From Eubacteriales bacterium (GTDB taxonomy: Bacteria; Bacillota; Clostridia; Oscillospirales; JAAYXM01): a stretch of DNA of 64,000 bases. The notes under the pieces are model-generated. The model was not told where the DNA came from, did no database searches, and saw nothing but the letters and a program-made list of their open reading frames with translations. The position numbers and the translations under genes were made by a program. The DNA lies in assembly GCA_045586595.1 (NCBI GenBank), contig JAZNAQ010000031.1, positions 36,143 to 100,142 of the forward strand, read 5' to 3'. This document shows, one piece after another, positions 48,373-57,297 of the stretch (the stretch's first letter is position 1; every line of letters begins with the position of its first letter).

Positions 48373-49260
48373 ATGTATGTTGTATTTTTAATCACGCTCT
48401 CGGTGCTCGCATCACAAGGCATAGGCCTCTCTTACAAAAAGGGGGCAGAAAGAACGGTTGATCCTATATCCTCTCCGCCGCTGATGTGCACCTTTGCCGC
48501 GGTTTTCATTGCGATAATGTTTACAATAATGGCGTTTACTGTTGATGGCGGAATTGCCTTTCCAAACAAACTGAGCCTTGTATTTGCTGCCGTCACTGGC
48601 ATGGCATATGCTTTTGCTGCCTTTTTCTATCTTATTGCGCTCTCATGCGGGCCATATACCATTTCGCTTATACTGCTCAACATGAGTTCTTTTATGCCCA
48701 TTCTTTACAGCAGACTCTTTCTTGGTGAATCCATCTCTCCCATGCAGATTATAGGTCTTTCGATTGTAATCATCTCCTGCGTTCTCCTGACAATCGCAAG
48801 AAACCGTGGCAAACAGGCTACAAAGGTAAACACACGATGGGCAATATGTGCTGTTTTTATGTTCATAGCAAACAGCCTTATGACCTTTTGCATACGCGCT
48901 CACACAAAGCTTATTCCCGAAACGGCAAGTAATTCATTTTTCGTGGCAGCTTATATAACCGCGGCGTTCTTCTGCCTTATCTTTTTCCTCTCCACAGGCG
49001 GTTTGAAGAAGAGAATAAGCCCAAAACCGCTTATAACTCCTGCTCTGGGTGTTGCCGTTTCTCTCTCGTCTACTCTTGTGCCGATGGCAGAGCTTCCAAA
49101 ATACCTTTCAGCGGCACTGCAATACCCACTTGAAAAAGGGTCATCAATTCTTCTCGGTGTCTTAGTCGGAGTAGTCTTCTTTAAAGAACGCATAAACAAA
49201 CTTGGCTACGTATGTATAGCCACAATCATAGCAGCGCTGTGCCTTATCGGAATGGCTTAA
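48373..49260 (+). CDS. DMT-superfamily (EamA-like) membrane transporter
   Basis: 295 aa with about 10 hydrophobic helices in two similar halves. The assignment rests on topology and composition only. Confidence 0.6.
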   Translation: MYVVFLITLSVLASQGIGLSYKKGAERTVDPISSPPLMCTFAAVFIAIMFTIMAFTVDGGIAFPNKLSLVFAAVTGMAYAFAAFFYLIALSCGPYTISLILLNMSSFMPILYSRLFLGESISPMQIIGLSIVIISCVLLTIARNRGKQATKVNTRWAICAVFMFIANSLMTFCIRAHTKLIPETASNSFFVAAYITAAFFCLIFFLSTGGLKKRISPKPLITPALGVAVSLSSTLVPMAELPKYLSAALQYPLEKGSSILLGVLVGVVFFKERINKLGYVCIATIIAALCLIGMA

Positions 49261-49272
49261 CGAAATAATCTT

Positions 49273-49300
49273 AACGGGAGCGATTTATATCGCTCCCGTT
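49273..49300 (+). terminator. Hairpin terminator after the DMT gene; the right arm lies inside the 3' end of the convergent LysR gene
   Basis: AACGGGAGCGAT-TTAT-ATCGCTCCCGTT followed by TCTTCATCTT. The LysR stop codon lies in the loop. Confidence 0.5.
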
Positions 49301-50229
49301 TCTTCATCTTCTTTTTTCTTTATTATGTTCTTTATACACGATATAAGCGTTTTTTCATCAGCAGAGAAGATATGACCCTTTCTGTATATAAGAACATCTT
49401 TCTTTACAACGTTTCTTGAACTCCACTTTTTTTCAACAAGTCCGTGCCTCTTTAAATACTCACTCGGCATGGGTGAAACCCACATATATGTGCCCACGAC
49501 ATTCTGAAGTATGTCGAGCTGACCACCGCGCTCATACAGATAAATGCGCTTGTCTGCACTCTCACGGGACATCCCGCTCTCGGTATTGTGAATAAGCGTT
49601 GTGTCTCTCTGAATATCTCCATGAACAAGCTCTGTATATTGTGAAAGTTCCTCTTCTGTTATGTCTTCACGACCTGCAAGTGGGTGTTTTTCTGACATAA
49701 GAAGCCTCGGCTCATATTCAAGAATAAGCTTACACTCAAGACCCTTTTCCTCAAGCAAAGCCATAAAATAGTTTTCATATAAATCGCGATAGCGGATGAC
49801 ACCCATGTTTGCCTCGCCGTTAACCACATAATTTATCGCAGAATTATAATTTCGCTCTTTTATGTTTATCGACAGTCGCTTCTTATCTGCAAGAGTATTT
49901 AAAAAATCAGAAAACGCAAAGCTAAGATATGTAGCGCGAGGTATACAGAAGGTTAGATTTACATCATCGGCAGGGTGCGACTTGTACATCGCTTCAAGGT
50001 TCTCCATCTGAGAAACAACCGTTCTTGCATATGATAAAAACTTGCTACCCTCACGAGTCGGCTTTACCCCTTTTGCACTGCGCTGAAAAATCTGCATCGA
50101 AATTTCCGATTCAAGCTCCTTAACCGCCTTGCTTAAGTTTGGCTGACTTAAAAACAGATTCTGTGCCGCGCTCGTTATTGAGCGCGTTTTTTCTATCTCG
50201 ATCGCATATTTAAGCTGTGTTATATTCAT
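49285..50229 (-). CDS. LysR-family transcriptional regulator
   Basis: 314 aa with the N-terminal HTH LKYAIEIEKTRSITSAAQNLFLSQPNLSKAVKELE. It is divergent from the alcohol dehydrogenase gene. Confidence 0.85.
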   Translation of the reverse strand: MNITQLKYAIEIEKTRSITSAAQNLFLSQPNLSKAVKELESEISMQIFQRSAKGVKPTREGSKFLSYARTVVSQMENLEAMYKSHPADDVNLTFCIPRATYLSFAFSDFLNTLADKKRLSINIKERNYNSAINYVVNGEANMGVIRYRDLYENYFMALLEEKGLECKLILEYEPRLLMSEKHPLAGREDITEEELSQYTELVHGDIQRDTTLIHNTESGMSRESADKRIYLYERGGQLDILQNVVGTYMWVSPMPSEYLKRHGLVEKKWSSRNVVKKDVLIYRKGHIFSADEKTLISCIKNIIKKKEDEETGAI

Positions 50230-50372
50230 ATTCGCTTGATCCTCCTATGATTAGGTCATAAATTTCAGTTATGGCTTTTATAATAATTATATATTATACA
50301 AAATCAGAAATCAATGTTAAAGTATTAACAGAAGGTCAAATCTTAAAAATATTTATAAAGGATGGATGCATA

Positions 50373-51590
50373 ATGGCACGTTTTACATTACCCCGTGATT
50401 TATACCACGGCAAGGGCTCACTTGAAGTCCTCAAAACACTTCGCGGCGAGCGCGCAATGATTTGTGTTGGCGGCGGCTCCATGAAGAAGTTTGGCTTCCT
50501 CGACAAGGCTGTTTCTTATCTTGAAGAAGCAGGCATGAAGGTTGAGCTTTTTGAGGGTATTGAGCCCGACCCGTCTGTAGACACCGTTATGAAGGGTGCC
50601 GAGGCAATGAGCAAGTTCAACCCCGACTGGATTATTGCTATGGGCGGCGGTTCACCGATTGATGCGGCTAAGGCTATGTGGATTAAGTACGAATATCCCG
50701 AAACCACATTTGAGGATATGTGCAAGGTATTCGGCCTTCCCAAGCTCCGCACAAAGGCTCACTTTGTAGCTATCCCGTCTACATCAGGCACGGCTACCGA
50801 AGTTACTGCCTTCTCAGTTATCACAGACTACAACAAGGGCATCAAGTACCCGCTTGCTGACTTTGAAATTACCCCTGATATCGCTATCGTAGACCCCGAC
50901 CTTGCTGAGACAATGCCCAAGAAGCTTGTTGCTCACACAGGTATGGACGCTATGACTCATGCAGTAGAGGCTTATGTATCAACCGCCAACTGTGACTATA
51001 CAGACCCGCTTGCTCTCCACGCAATCGAGATGATTCAGTCTGACCTTGTAGATTCATACAACGGCGACATGGACAAGCGCGCAAGCATGCACAACGCACA
51101 GTGTATGGCAGGTATGGCATTTTCAAACGCACTTCTCGGCATTGTTCACTCAATGGCTCACAAGACAGGTGCTATCTTCGAGGACTTTGGCGCACACATT
51201 ATTCACGGTGCTGCAAACGCTATGTATCTCCCGAAGGTAATCGCCTTCAACGCAAAGAACGAGACTGCAGCAAAGCGTTATGCTAAGATTGCAGACGTTA
51301 TGAACCTCGGCGGCGCAACTGTTGAAGAGAAGGTCAAGAACCTCATTGCATACCTCCGCAAGATGAATGATGACCTCAACATTCCGCAGTGCATTAAGCA
51401 CTACGGGGCTGACAGCTATCCCACAGAGCAGGGCTTTGTTTCTGAAAGTGTCTTCCTTGAAAGACTTCCGGAAATTGCAAAGAACGCTATTGCCGACGCA
51501 TGCACAGGTTCTAACCCGCGTCAGCCCAGCCAGGAAGAGATGGAGAAACTTCTTAAGTGCTGCTACTACGACACAGAAGTTGATTTTTAA
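50373..51590 (+). CDS. Iron-containing (group III) alcohol dehydrogenase
   Basis: The start MARFTLPRDLYHGKGSL follows AAAGGATGG. Motifs are GGGSPIDAAKA and metal-binding histidines (HTGMDAMTHAVEAY, HSMAHKTG). The ORF-track start at 50271 lacks an RBS. Confidence 0.88.
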   Translation: MARFTLPRDLYHGKGSLEVLKTLRGERAMICVGGGSMKKFGFLDKAVSYLEEAGMKVELFEGIEPDPSVDTVMKGAEAMSKFNPDWIIAMGGGSPIDAAKAMWIKYEYPETTFEDMCKVFGLPKLRTKAHFVAIPSTSGTATEVTAFSVITDYNKGIKYPLADFEITPDIAIVDPDLAETMPKKLVAHTGMDAMTHAVEAYVSTANCDYTDPLALHAIEMIQSDLVDSYNGDMDKRASMHNAQCMAGMAFSNALLGIVHSMAHKTGAIFEDFGAHIIHGAANAMYLPKVIAFNAKNETAAKRYAKIADVMNLGGATVEEKVKNLIAYLRKMNDDLNIPQCIKHYGADSYPTEQGFVSESVFLERLPEIAKNAIADACTGSNPRQPSQEEMEKLLKCCYYDTEVDF

Positions 51591-51617
51591 TTAATCTCCC
51601 CTATAATATAAAAAGTG

Positions 51618-51652
51618 CAAGAAGGACGGTGCCTTATGCATCGTCCTTCTTG
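51618..51652. terminator. Bidirectional intrinsic terminator between the adh gene (+) and the ynbB-like gene (-)
   Basis: CAAGAAGGACG-N13-CGTCCTTCTTG, flanked by AAAAG upstream and TATTTT downstream. Confidence 0.7.
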
Positions 51653-51656
51653 TATT

Positions 51657-52844
51657 TTATAATTTAGATATTTCTTCTGCTGCACGCAAAATGCCGAGCT
51701 TACCGCTTTCATATGTAAGCCCGCCCTGAAGATATACGCGGTACGGCGGACGCATGGGAGCGTCGGCAGAAAGCTCTATCGACGAGCCCTGGACAAACGC
51801 ACCTGCCGCCATAATTACTGCATCGTCATATCCGGGCATGTCCCACGCCTCGGGGGTGACAAACGAATCACACGGCGCCCCCGACTGTATTCCTTTGCAG
51901 AATGCCGAGAGCTTTTCTGCGCTACCAAGCTCTATAGTCTGAATAATATCATATCTTGGCTCATCGCACTTTGGCGAGACCTCATAGCCCATATCCTCAA
52001 ACGTCTTTGCTGCAAAAATCATTGTCATAAGCGATTGCGCAACAATGTGGGGCGCCATAAAAAAGCCCTGATACAAAAGCCTGTTCTGGCCAAGCGTACA
52101 CCCGCACTCACGCCCGATACCCGGCACTGTGAGCCTTTCTGCCGCGCGGTTTACCAACTCACTTTTACCGGCGATATAGCCACCTGTAGGCGCAAGACCG
52201 CCGCCGGGGTTCTTGATAAGTGAACCTGCTATAATGTCTGCACCGACGTGGGTGGGTTCACGAGTTTCGCAAAACTCGCCATAGCAGTTGTCAACCATAA
52301 CGCGAGCCTTCGGGTTTTTCGCCTTTAGTGCTGCAATCGCCTCACCAATCTCGTCTACCGACAATGCACGCCTTGCACCGTATCCTCGCGAGCGCTGTAT
52401 GTATATGACGGCATTCTCTTCCTCTGACACCGCCTCGATTGCCGCGTCAATGTCAATCCCACCGTCTTTCATCGCAACTTCTCTGTACTTTACGCCGTAC
52501 TCAACAAGCGTGCCGTGGCCGCTGCCTGTAATGCCTATTGCGCCAAGAAGCGTATCGTATGGAGCACCCGTGATTGATATTAACGTATCACCGGGGTTTG
52601 TAACGCCGCAAAGAGCGCAGAACAACGCGTGTGTGCCGTTTACGAACTGAATACGGCAGAGCGCGTCTTCCGCGCCAAACACATCGGCGTATATTTTATC
52701 GAGCGTATCGCGGCCCTGGTCATCATAGCCATAGCCTGTTGTTCCCGCAAACATAGTATCAGAAACGCGGTGGCGGGAAAACGCTTCAAGCACACGCTTT
52801 GAGTTCTCCTCAGCTACACGCTGAATGTTTTGAAACTGTGTCAC
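51657..52844 (-). CDS. YnbB-like PLP-dependent protein (methionine gamma-lyase / aluminium-resistance family)
   Basis: Carries AGTTGYGYDDQGRDTLDKIYADVFGAEDALCRIQFVNGTHAL, typical of the YnbB family. GAGG followed by 9 nt and GTG at 52844 is the likely start. The ORF extends to GTG 52859, overlapping the upstream gene. Confidence 0.75.
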   Translation of the reverse strand: MTQFQNIQRVAEENSKRVLEAFSRHRVSDTMFAGTTGYGYDDQGRDTLDKIYADVFGAEDALCRIQFVNGTHALFCALCGVTNPGDTLISITGAPYDTLLGAIGITGSGHGTLVEYGVKYREVAMKDGGIDIDAAIEAVSEEENAVIYIQRSRGYGARRALSVDEIGEAIAALKAKNPKARVMVDNCYGEFCETREPTHVGADIIAGSLIKNPGGGLAPTGGYIAGKSELVNRAAERLTVPGIGRECGCTLGQNRLLYQGFFMAPHIVAQSLMTMIFAAKTFEDMGYEVSPKCDEPRYDIIQTIELGSAEKLSAFCKGIQSGAPCDSFVTPEAWDMPGYDDAVIMAAGAFVQGSSIELSADAPMRPPYRVYLQGGLTYESGKLGILRAAEEISKL

Positions 52845-52845
52845 T

Positions 52846-53544
52846 CTACTTAACCTCACGAATTATGCCCATCGGAGTCTGCTGTGCACTCTGACCGAGG
52901 GGGTTATCGCGCAGAATTCTCGGAAGAAGCTCACGGTCAAGTGTTTCATCACTCGCACCAAGAATTTTGCCCGTAAGGTCATTGACGTCTACAATAGCGA
53001 CACGGAACCCTATTCTTGCCGCAATTTCAGTTGCAACCTTGTCCGGGTCCTCAGGACCGAGAACAACGCACTTGTTATATGGCGGGAGAGTATACGGAGT
53101 CGGGCCGTCTATTGACTCTGCGCGGTATCCGGCAACCTTATAGAACCAACCGCGCTTGCCGAGAAGCTTTCCTATTGCGGAGCAGAATGCCGCACAAAGA
53201 AGGCGGAATGTTCCGCACTCACGAAGCGCCATCTCCATAGTCTCAGGTATGCCCAAGCCTATGCCGTAGGGCGATTTATATACAAACTTACAGAGAAGCT
53301 TTGCAAGCGGGCGCGGGTGAATCTCTGTGAGCGGAACCGCCCTCTTCTGTGAGCAGGCAACGCACTTCTCTGAAATAAAGAGGATGTCACCCTCTTTCAT
53401 ATGTGGCATTGCGTACTTCTCCGCAACATCCGCTATCTTGTCATTTTCTGTTACAACATGCGTCTTTATCGGCAGGCGCATATACTCCTTACCCTCAACG
53501 GTAATGGTGGTATTCTTGCCTTCATTTGCACAAAGCTCTGACAT
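52846..53544 (-). CDS. Divergent CofE-like protein (F420-0:gamma-glutamyl ligase fold family), function unknown
   Basis: AAAAGGGG followed by 9 nt and the ATG at 53544 gives 232 aa. GDILFISEKCVACSQKRAV and VAIVDVNDLTGKILGAS loosely resemble the CofE segments GDI.VI..K.VSKAEGR and I.DT.GR. The assignment is tentative. Confidence 0.45.
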   Translation of the reverse strand: MSELCANEGKNTTITVEGKEYMRLPIKTHVVTENDKIADVAEKYAMPHMKEGDILFISEKCVACSQKRAVPLTEIHPRPLAKLLCKFVYKSPYGIGLGIPETMEMALRECGTFRLLCAAFCSAIGKLLGKRGWFYKVAGYRAESIDGPTPYTLPPYNKCVVLGPEDPDKVATEIAARIGFRVAIVDVNDLTGKILGASDETLDRELLPRILRDNPLGQSAQQTPMGIIREVK

Positions 53545-53581
53545 CTTTAAAAACCCCTTTTGCGTTTTTATTCTGCAATAT

Positions 53582-53610
53582 ATTATAGCACAAAACAAAA
53601 ATGTATGCAA
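53582..53610 (-). promoter_or_regulatory. Sigma-A type promoter for the cofE-like/ynbB-like pair (TTGCAT-17 nt-TATAAT with TGc extension)
   Basis: The minus strand reads TTGCATacatttttgttttgtgcTATAAT, 37 nt upstream of the ATG at 53544. Confidence 0.55.
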
Positions 53611-53643
53611 CAACCCTCACTTGATAAAACAAGTGAGGGTTGT
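53610..53643 (-). terminator. 14-bp hairpin immediately after the DUF4015-like gene (end of the rnf transcription unit)
   Basis: ACAACCCTCACTTG-ATAAAA-CAAGTGAGGGTTGT starts 3 nt after the stop codon. The U run on the minus strand begins 8 nt after the stem. Confidence 0.5.
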
Positions 53644-53646
53644 GTT

Positions 53647-54714
53647 TTACTTCTTTATCATATATTCGCCTTCAATGCTCTGTGCGGAGACAGGAATGAG
53701 CTTGCACTCCGCATTTTTAAACAACTCAGCAGCAGCAGCAAAACCGAGAGTGTATCTGCCCGCTTCGGAGTTTACATATACTGTATCAAACTCACCAAAG
53801 TCTTCGGCGTTCTGCCCGCTTGATGCAAGTGCATTTTCATTGTAATTTTCATACATAGCAGAAAGTGGGATGCTTCCTGCCGCTACCTTTGCCTCATTGA
53901 TAAAACTTTTTAACATATCGCGTTTTGTTCCAAGCGACTTGTCATAGGAAAGGAGTTCTGTCTTTCCAACTGCAGGGAAGGATATATTTGATAAAATTAT
54001 CTCATCAGGTGCCATCGCCGCAAGCTTTTCTATCGCAGACATAAGATATTTCTGTGCAGAATCTGAATATGCCGAGAGCCAGCGCACATTGTTGCCGTCA
54101 AGCCAAATTATCTTGTTTGATGTGCGAGTAGCGTAGCTCTGGTTCTTTCTTGCAGCCTCATTATCCTTAAAACAAGACATATACAGTGCCACGTTGTACT
54201 CTTTCTCATGCGCCTTCTCTATAGCTGAGGCGAGAGTTGCGTCATCTCCGCCCACCTCGGCATTCTTTGCAATGTGTGAATCTGATGCGAAAGCAAGCGT
54301 TCCGTCCTCTGCTTTTACTTCAAGAACAAGCGTGTTTATATAAGATGGAATTTCAGCAAGTGTTGCATCAAACAACTCAATATTCTTAACGCTTCCTATC
54401 GGTATAAAGTATGCGTGCTTTTCTTCTTTATTTTCAGAAACATCGACCATGTCTTCGTTCTCATCTGGCACAGCCGGGTCAGTCACAGGTTCACTCTCCT
54501 GCTCTATTATGAGGTTTGCATCAACTTCAGATGTCTTCACATCTTTATTTGGAGATAGAAAGAACGCACCGTCACGCGTAAATGCCATATTATCATTTAT
54601 AAAATAAAGCGAAACTGCCGCAGCGATACACAGCACTACAAGCAACGGAATAATTATGCCTATTCCGCCGCGCGAGCCTCTGTATCTCCTCGATGTTCTT
54701 CTCCCTCTTCTCAT
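53647..54714 (-). CDS. Membrane-anchored DUF4015-like putative glycoside-hydrolase-fold protein
   Basis: 355 aa with an Arg-rich N-terminus and a TM anchor. LVLEVKAEDGTLAF...YMSCFKDNEAA...WLDGNNVRWLSAY...APDEIILSNISFP follows the DUF4015 pattern. RBS TAGGAGG overlaps the rnfB stop. Confidence 0.6.
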   Translation of the reverse strand: MRRGRRTSRRYRGSRGGIGIIIPLLVVLCIAAAVSLYFINDNMAFTRDGAFFLSPNKDVKTSEVDANLIIEQESEPVTDPAVPDENEDMVDVSENKEEKHAYFIPIGSVKNIELFDATLAEIPSYINTLVLEVKAEDGTLAFASDSHIAKNAEVGGDDATLASAIEKAHEKEYNVALYMSCFKDNEAARKNQSYATRTSNKIIWLDGNNVRWLSAYSDSAQKYLMSAIEKLAAMAPDEIILSNISFPAVGKTELLSYDKSLGTKRDMLKSFINEAKVAAGSIPLSAMYENYNENALASSGQNAEDFGEFDTVYVNSEAGRYTLGFAAAAELFKNAECKLIPVSAQSIEGEYMIKK

Positions 54715-54727
54715 TAAGGCAAACCTC

Positions 54728-55468
54728 CTATTTTTCTTCTACTGCTTCTTCCTCGCCGACATCAAGGCTGAAATATTCAGACTCGTCGAAGTTATCTTCT
54801 GTTTCAACCTTAGCTGCTACGGGAGCTGTTATTGTCCCCCTCGGGCACGCAGTTGCACACTCTCCGCAACGGATACACTTATCATAATTTATAACAGCGA
54901 GGCTGTCCGATACTTCTATTGCATCGCAATTACAATTCTTTACACAAGCAAAACATCCTATACATCCGAGGTCACACGCTTTTCTTGCTTTCGAACCAAG
55001 CTCGCGGTTGTTACAGCAAACCTTCTCCCGTGCATCTGCTGGAACGAGCTCGATTACAGCACGCGGGCATGCCTTCACGCACTCTCCGCAACCGGTGCAC
55101 TTTGTCGCATCAACCACGGCGACCCCGCTGTCTGTGGATATTGCGCCATGTTTACATACAGATAAACATGTGCCAAGCCCCAGACACGCAAATTCGCACA
55201 TAGCAGGCCCACCTGCAAGAAGAGCCGCGGCTACGCAGTCGGGCGCACCGACATATGTGTATCTGCGTTCAGAATCTACACCGCCGCATTTTACAAACGC
55301 ACAGAGTTTCTCATCATGTGTTTTCATCTCTTCATTAGCAATTATTCCAGAGTCATTACACACGGTTTCACCGTCTTCTCTAGGCTTGACCGAGCCGGCA
55401 ACACCAAATATAAATCCAAGCAAGCCCAAAGCCACTATGGCAAGAAGAATATTTATAACAATCGTCAT
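54728..55468 (-). CDS. rnfB: Rnf complex subunit B (polyferredoxin)
   Basis: 246 aa with an N-terminal TM helix and several CxxCxxCxxxCP 4Fe-4S motifs (CTGCGECVKACP, CIGCFACVKNC, CIRCGECATACP). Confidence 0.9.
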   Translation of the reverse strand: MTIVINILLAIVALGLLGFIFGVAGSVKPREDGETVCNDSGIIANEEMKTHDEKLCAFVKCGGVDSERRYTYVGAPDCVAAALLAGGPAMCEFACLGLGTCLSVCKHGAISTDSGVAVVDATKCTGCGECVKACPRAVIELVPADAREKVCCNNRELGSKARKACDLGCIGCFACVKNCNCDAIEVSDSLAVINYDKCIRCGECATACPRGTITAPVAAKVETEDNFDESEYFSLDVGEEEAVEEK

Positions 55469-55478
55469 CGTATTCCTC

Positions 55479-56066
55479 CTACATAAACTTCATGCCCTGA
55501 AAGCCCATGAATGCAAGTGCAATAAGCCCCGCTGTAATCAGCGCAATCGGCGCACCGTCAAGGCATTTTGGAGTATCTGAATATTCAAGCCGCTCACGCA
55601 CTGCGGCAAACAACAGAATAGCCGCAAGAAAACCCAATCCGGAGAATAAACCGAACACAACAGCCTCAAATATGTTATATCCACCGTTTGAGCCGAGGAG
55701 CATCACTCCGAGAATCGCTGTATTCGCTGTTACAACTGGGAATGATATCGAAAGCTTTTCATAAAGCGCAGGGGCCTTTTGGGGAAGCACATTCTCTGCG
55801 ATTTGAACAGCCCCCGCAACAACAAGAATATATATAACACTTCTCATATATTCAAGATTAAGTGGCGAAATGACCGCCCAATCAAGAACACACGAAATCA
55901 CAGATGCCACAGCTGATACAATCGCAACGGCAACCCCTGTCCTTAATGCAGGTTTTATGCCGTTTGAACTGTTGATAAATGACGTTACGCCAAGAAGATG
56001 CGAGAATACAATATTTTCAGCCAGAATTGCGCCGAGAGAGATTGAAAGTATACTGAAAAAACTCAT
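55479..56066 (-). CDS. rnfA: Rnf complex subunit A
   Basis: 195 aa, six TM helices, RnfA/NqrE-like sequence, in the operon position. Confidence 0.9.
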   Translation of the reverse strand: MSFFSILSISLGAILAENIVFSHLLGVTSFINSSNGIKPALRTGVAVAIVSAVASVISCVLDWAVISPLNLEYMRSVIYILVVAGAVQIAENVLPQKAPALYEKLSISFPVVTANTAILGVMLLGSNGGYNIFEAVVFGLFSGLGFLAAILLFAAVRERLEYSDTPKCLDGAPIALITAGLIALAFMGFQGMKFM

Positions 56067-56671
56067 TCCTCACCCTCCTTTTCACGAATGCGCGAAACCG
56101 CCATATTAAATACTGCAAGCAAAAGGCCAAATGTTATAAATGCTCCCGGTGGTGATATAATAAGCCGCATGCAATATTGCTCAGGGATTATACGAAGCCC
56201 GCAAAGGGTTCCGTTGCCAATAAGTTCACGCACAAACGACATAACAAACATCGTCGCAAAAAAACCGAGTCCCGCAGAAAGCGCGTTCAGGGCAGATGCG
56301 CCAACGCCTTCCTCAGTGGCCCTTTCCGACTGGGCAAATACGATACCGCTTACGGTTATGAGTGGAAGATATATACCGAGATTTTCTGCAATCCCCGGCA
56401 GGAACGCCCGTATCAAAAGCTCCTCGGCGGCAACAAATGTCGCAATAATTACCATGTATGCAATCACGCGGATGCTCTTGGGTATAAACCTCGCTATAAG
56501 TGATATTGTAACACTCGACAAAACAAGTGCTACTATCACACACAACCCCATTATAAGCCCGTCGATAACTGCTGTTGATACCGCAAGCAATGGGCAAAGG
56601 CCGAGCATAAGCAAAAGCGATGTATTCTCAAGCAATACACTGTTTTTTAAAAATGTGACAATCCTCTTCAT
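56063..56671 (-). CDS. rnfE: Rnf complex subunit E
   Basis: 202 aa, polytopic, RnfE/NqrD-like (LGLCPLLAVST). It overlaps rnfA and rnfG by 4 nt each. Confidence 0.9.
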   Translation of the reverse strand: MKRIVTFLKNSVLLENTSLLLMLGLCPLLAVSTAVIDGLIMGLCVIVALVLSSVTISLIARFIPKSIRVIAYMVIIATFVAAEELLIRAFLPGIAENLGIYLPLITVSGIVFAQSERATEEGVGASALNALSAGLGFFATMFVMSFVRELIGNGTLCGLRIIPEQYCMRLIISPPGAFITFGLLLAVFNMAVSRIREKEGEE

Positions 56672-57297
56672 ATGCCAGCCGCCTCCTTCGCCTTTTCTGC
56701 CTCAATCTGCGAGACTGCTGCCACGGCATGGTTTACACACTCTGCAACAGCCTGTGATGATGCTGTTGCTCCCGAAACTGCAGAAACTTGCGTGTCGGTC
56801 TTGGCCATGCCATTCACTGTAGTTATGTTCCCACTCTTTCCTGCAAACTGTGAAAGAAATGAGCTATCATTAACCTTTAAGCCGTCTATGTCTTTCCCCC
56901 ATATAGAAATAATCTCAACAGCAATTACCTTGCCCTCGGTATCTATCGCAACACAGACGTTCATATCTCCGTCATAGTCGCTTGCTGTTGTTTCCACACA
57001 GTAACCAAGAAGCGTTTCATCGTTTCTCGCCTCATAAACAGACAGAACCTTATCTTCCTCTTTGCTTTCAAAGCCGAACTGCACATATTCGCCTGCAGGA
57101 AGAGCCCTCTCCATCGCCGACATGAGTGCCGCCGTTGCATTTTCCTCAATTCGTCCGGAAAGAAGCGAAGAAACCCCAGATAGGAGAAGCGCACACGAGG
57201 CGCATATCGCGAGCAGTATCAGCCCTGAGCTGAGAAGCTCTTTTTTCTGTTTCACCAAAAAGCCCGGAAGCTTAATTTTCGCAAGGTTTATCTTCAT
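56668..57297 (-). CDS. rnfG: Rnf complex subunit G (FMN-binding)
   Basis: 209 aa with an N-terminal anchor and the covalent FMN attachment motif AVSGATASS. Confidence 0.9.
   Translation of the reverse strand: MKINLAKIKLPGFLVKQKKELLSSGLILLAICASCALLLSGVSSLLSGRIEENATAALMSAMERALPAGEYVQFGFESKEEDKVLSVYEARNDETLLGYCVETTASDYDGDMNVCVAIDTEGKVIAVEIISIWGKDIDGLKVNDSSFLSQFAGKSGNITTVNGMAKTDTQVSAVSGATASSQAVAECVNHAVAAVSQIEAEKAKEAAGI

Noticed and set aside
50230-50372. LysR-type T-N11-A box in the LysR/adh divergent region (TATAATAATTATATATTATA).
   Set aside because: The region is almost pure A/T, so T-N11-A matches are expected by chance, and the segment is not a clean palindrome.
56088-56822. 244-aa plus-strand ORF antisense to rnfE/rnfG (similar cases at 55008-55580 and 57609-58007).
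   Set aside because: These are Ser/Pro/Ile-rich shadow frames of membrane-protein genes. They span gene junctions and have no translation signals.
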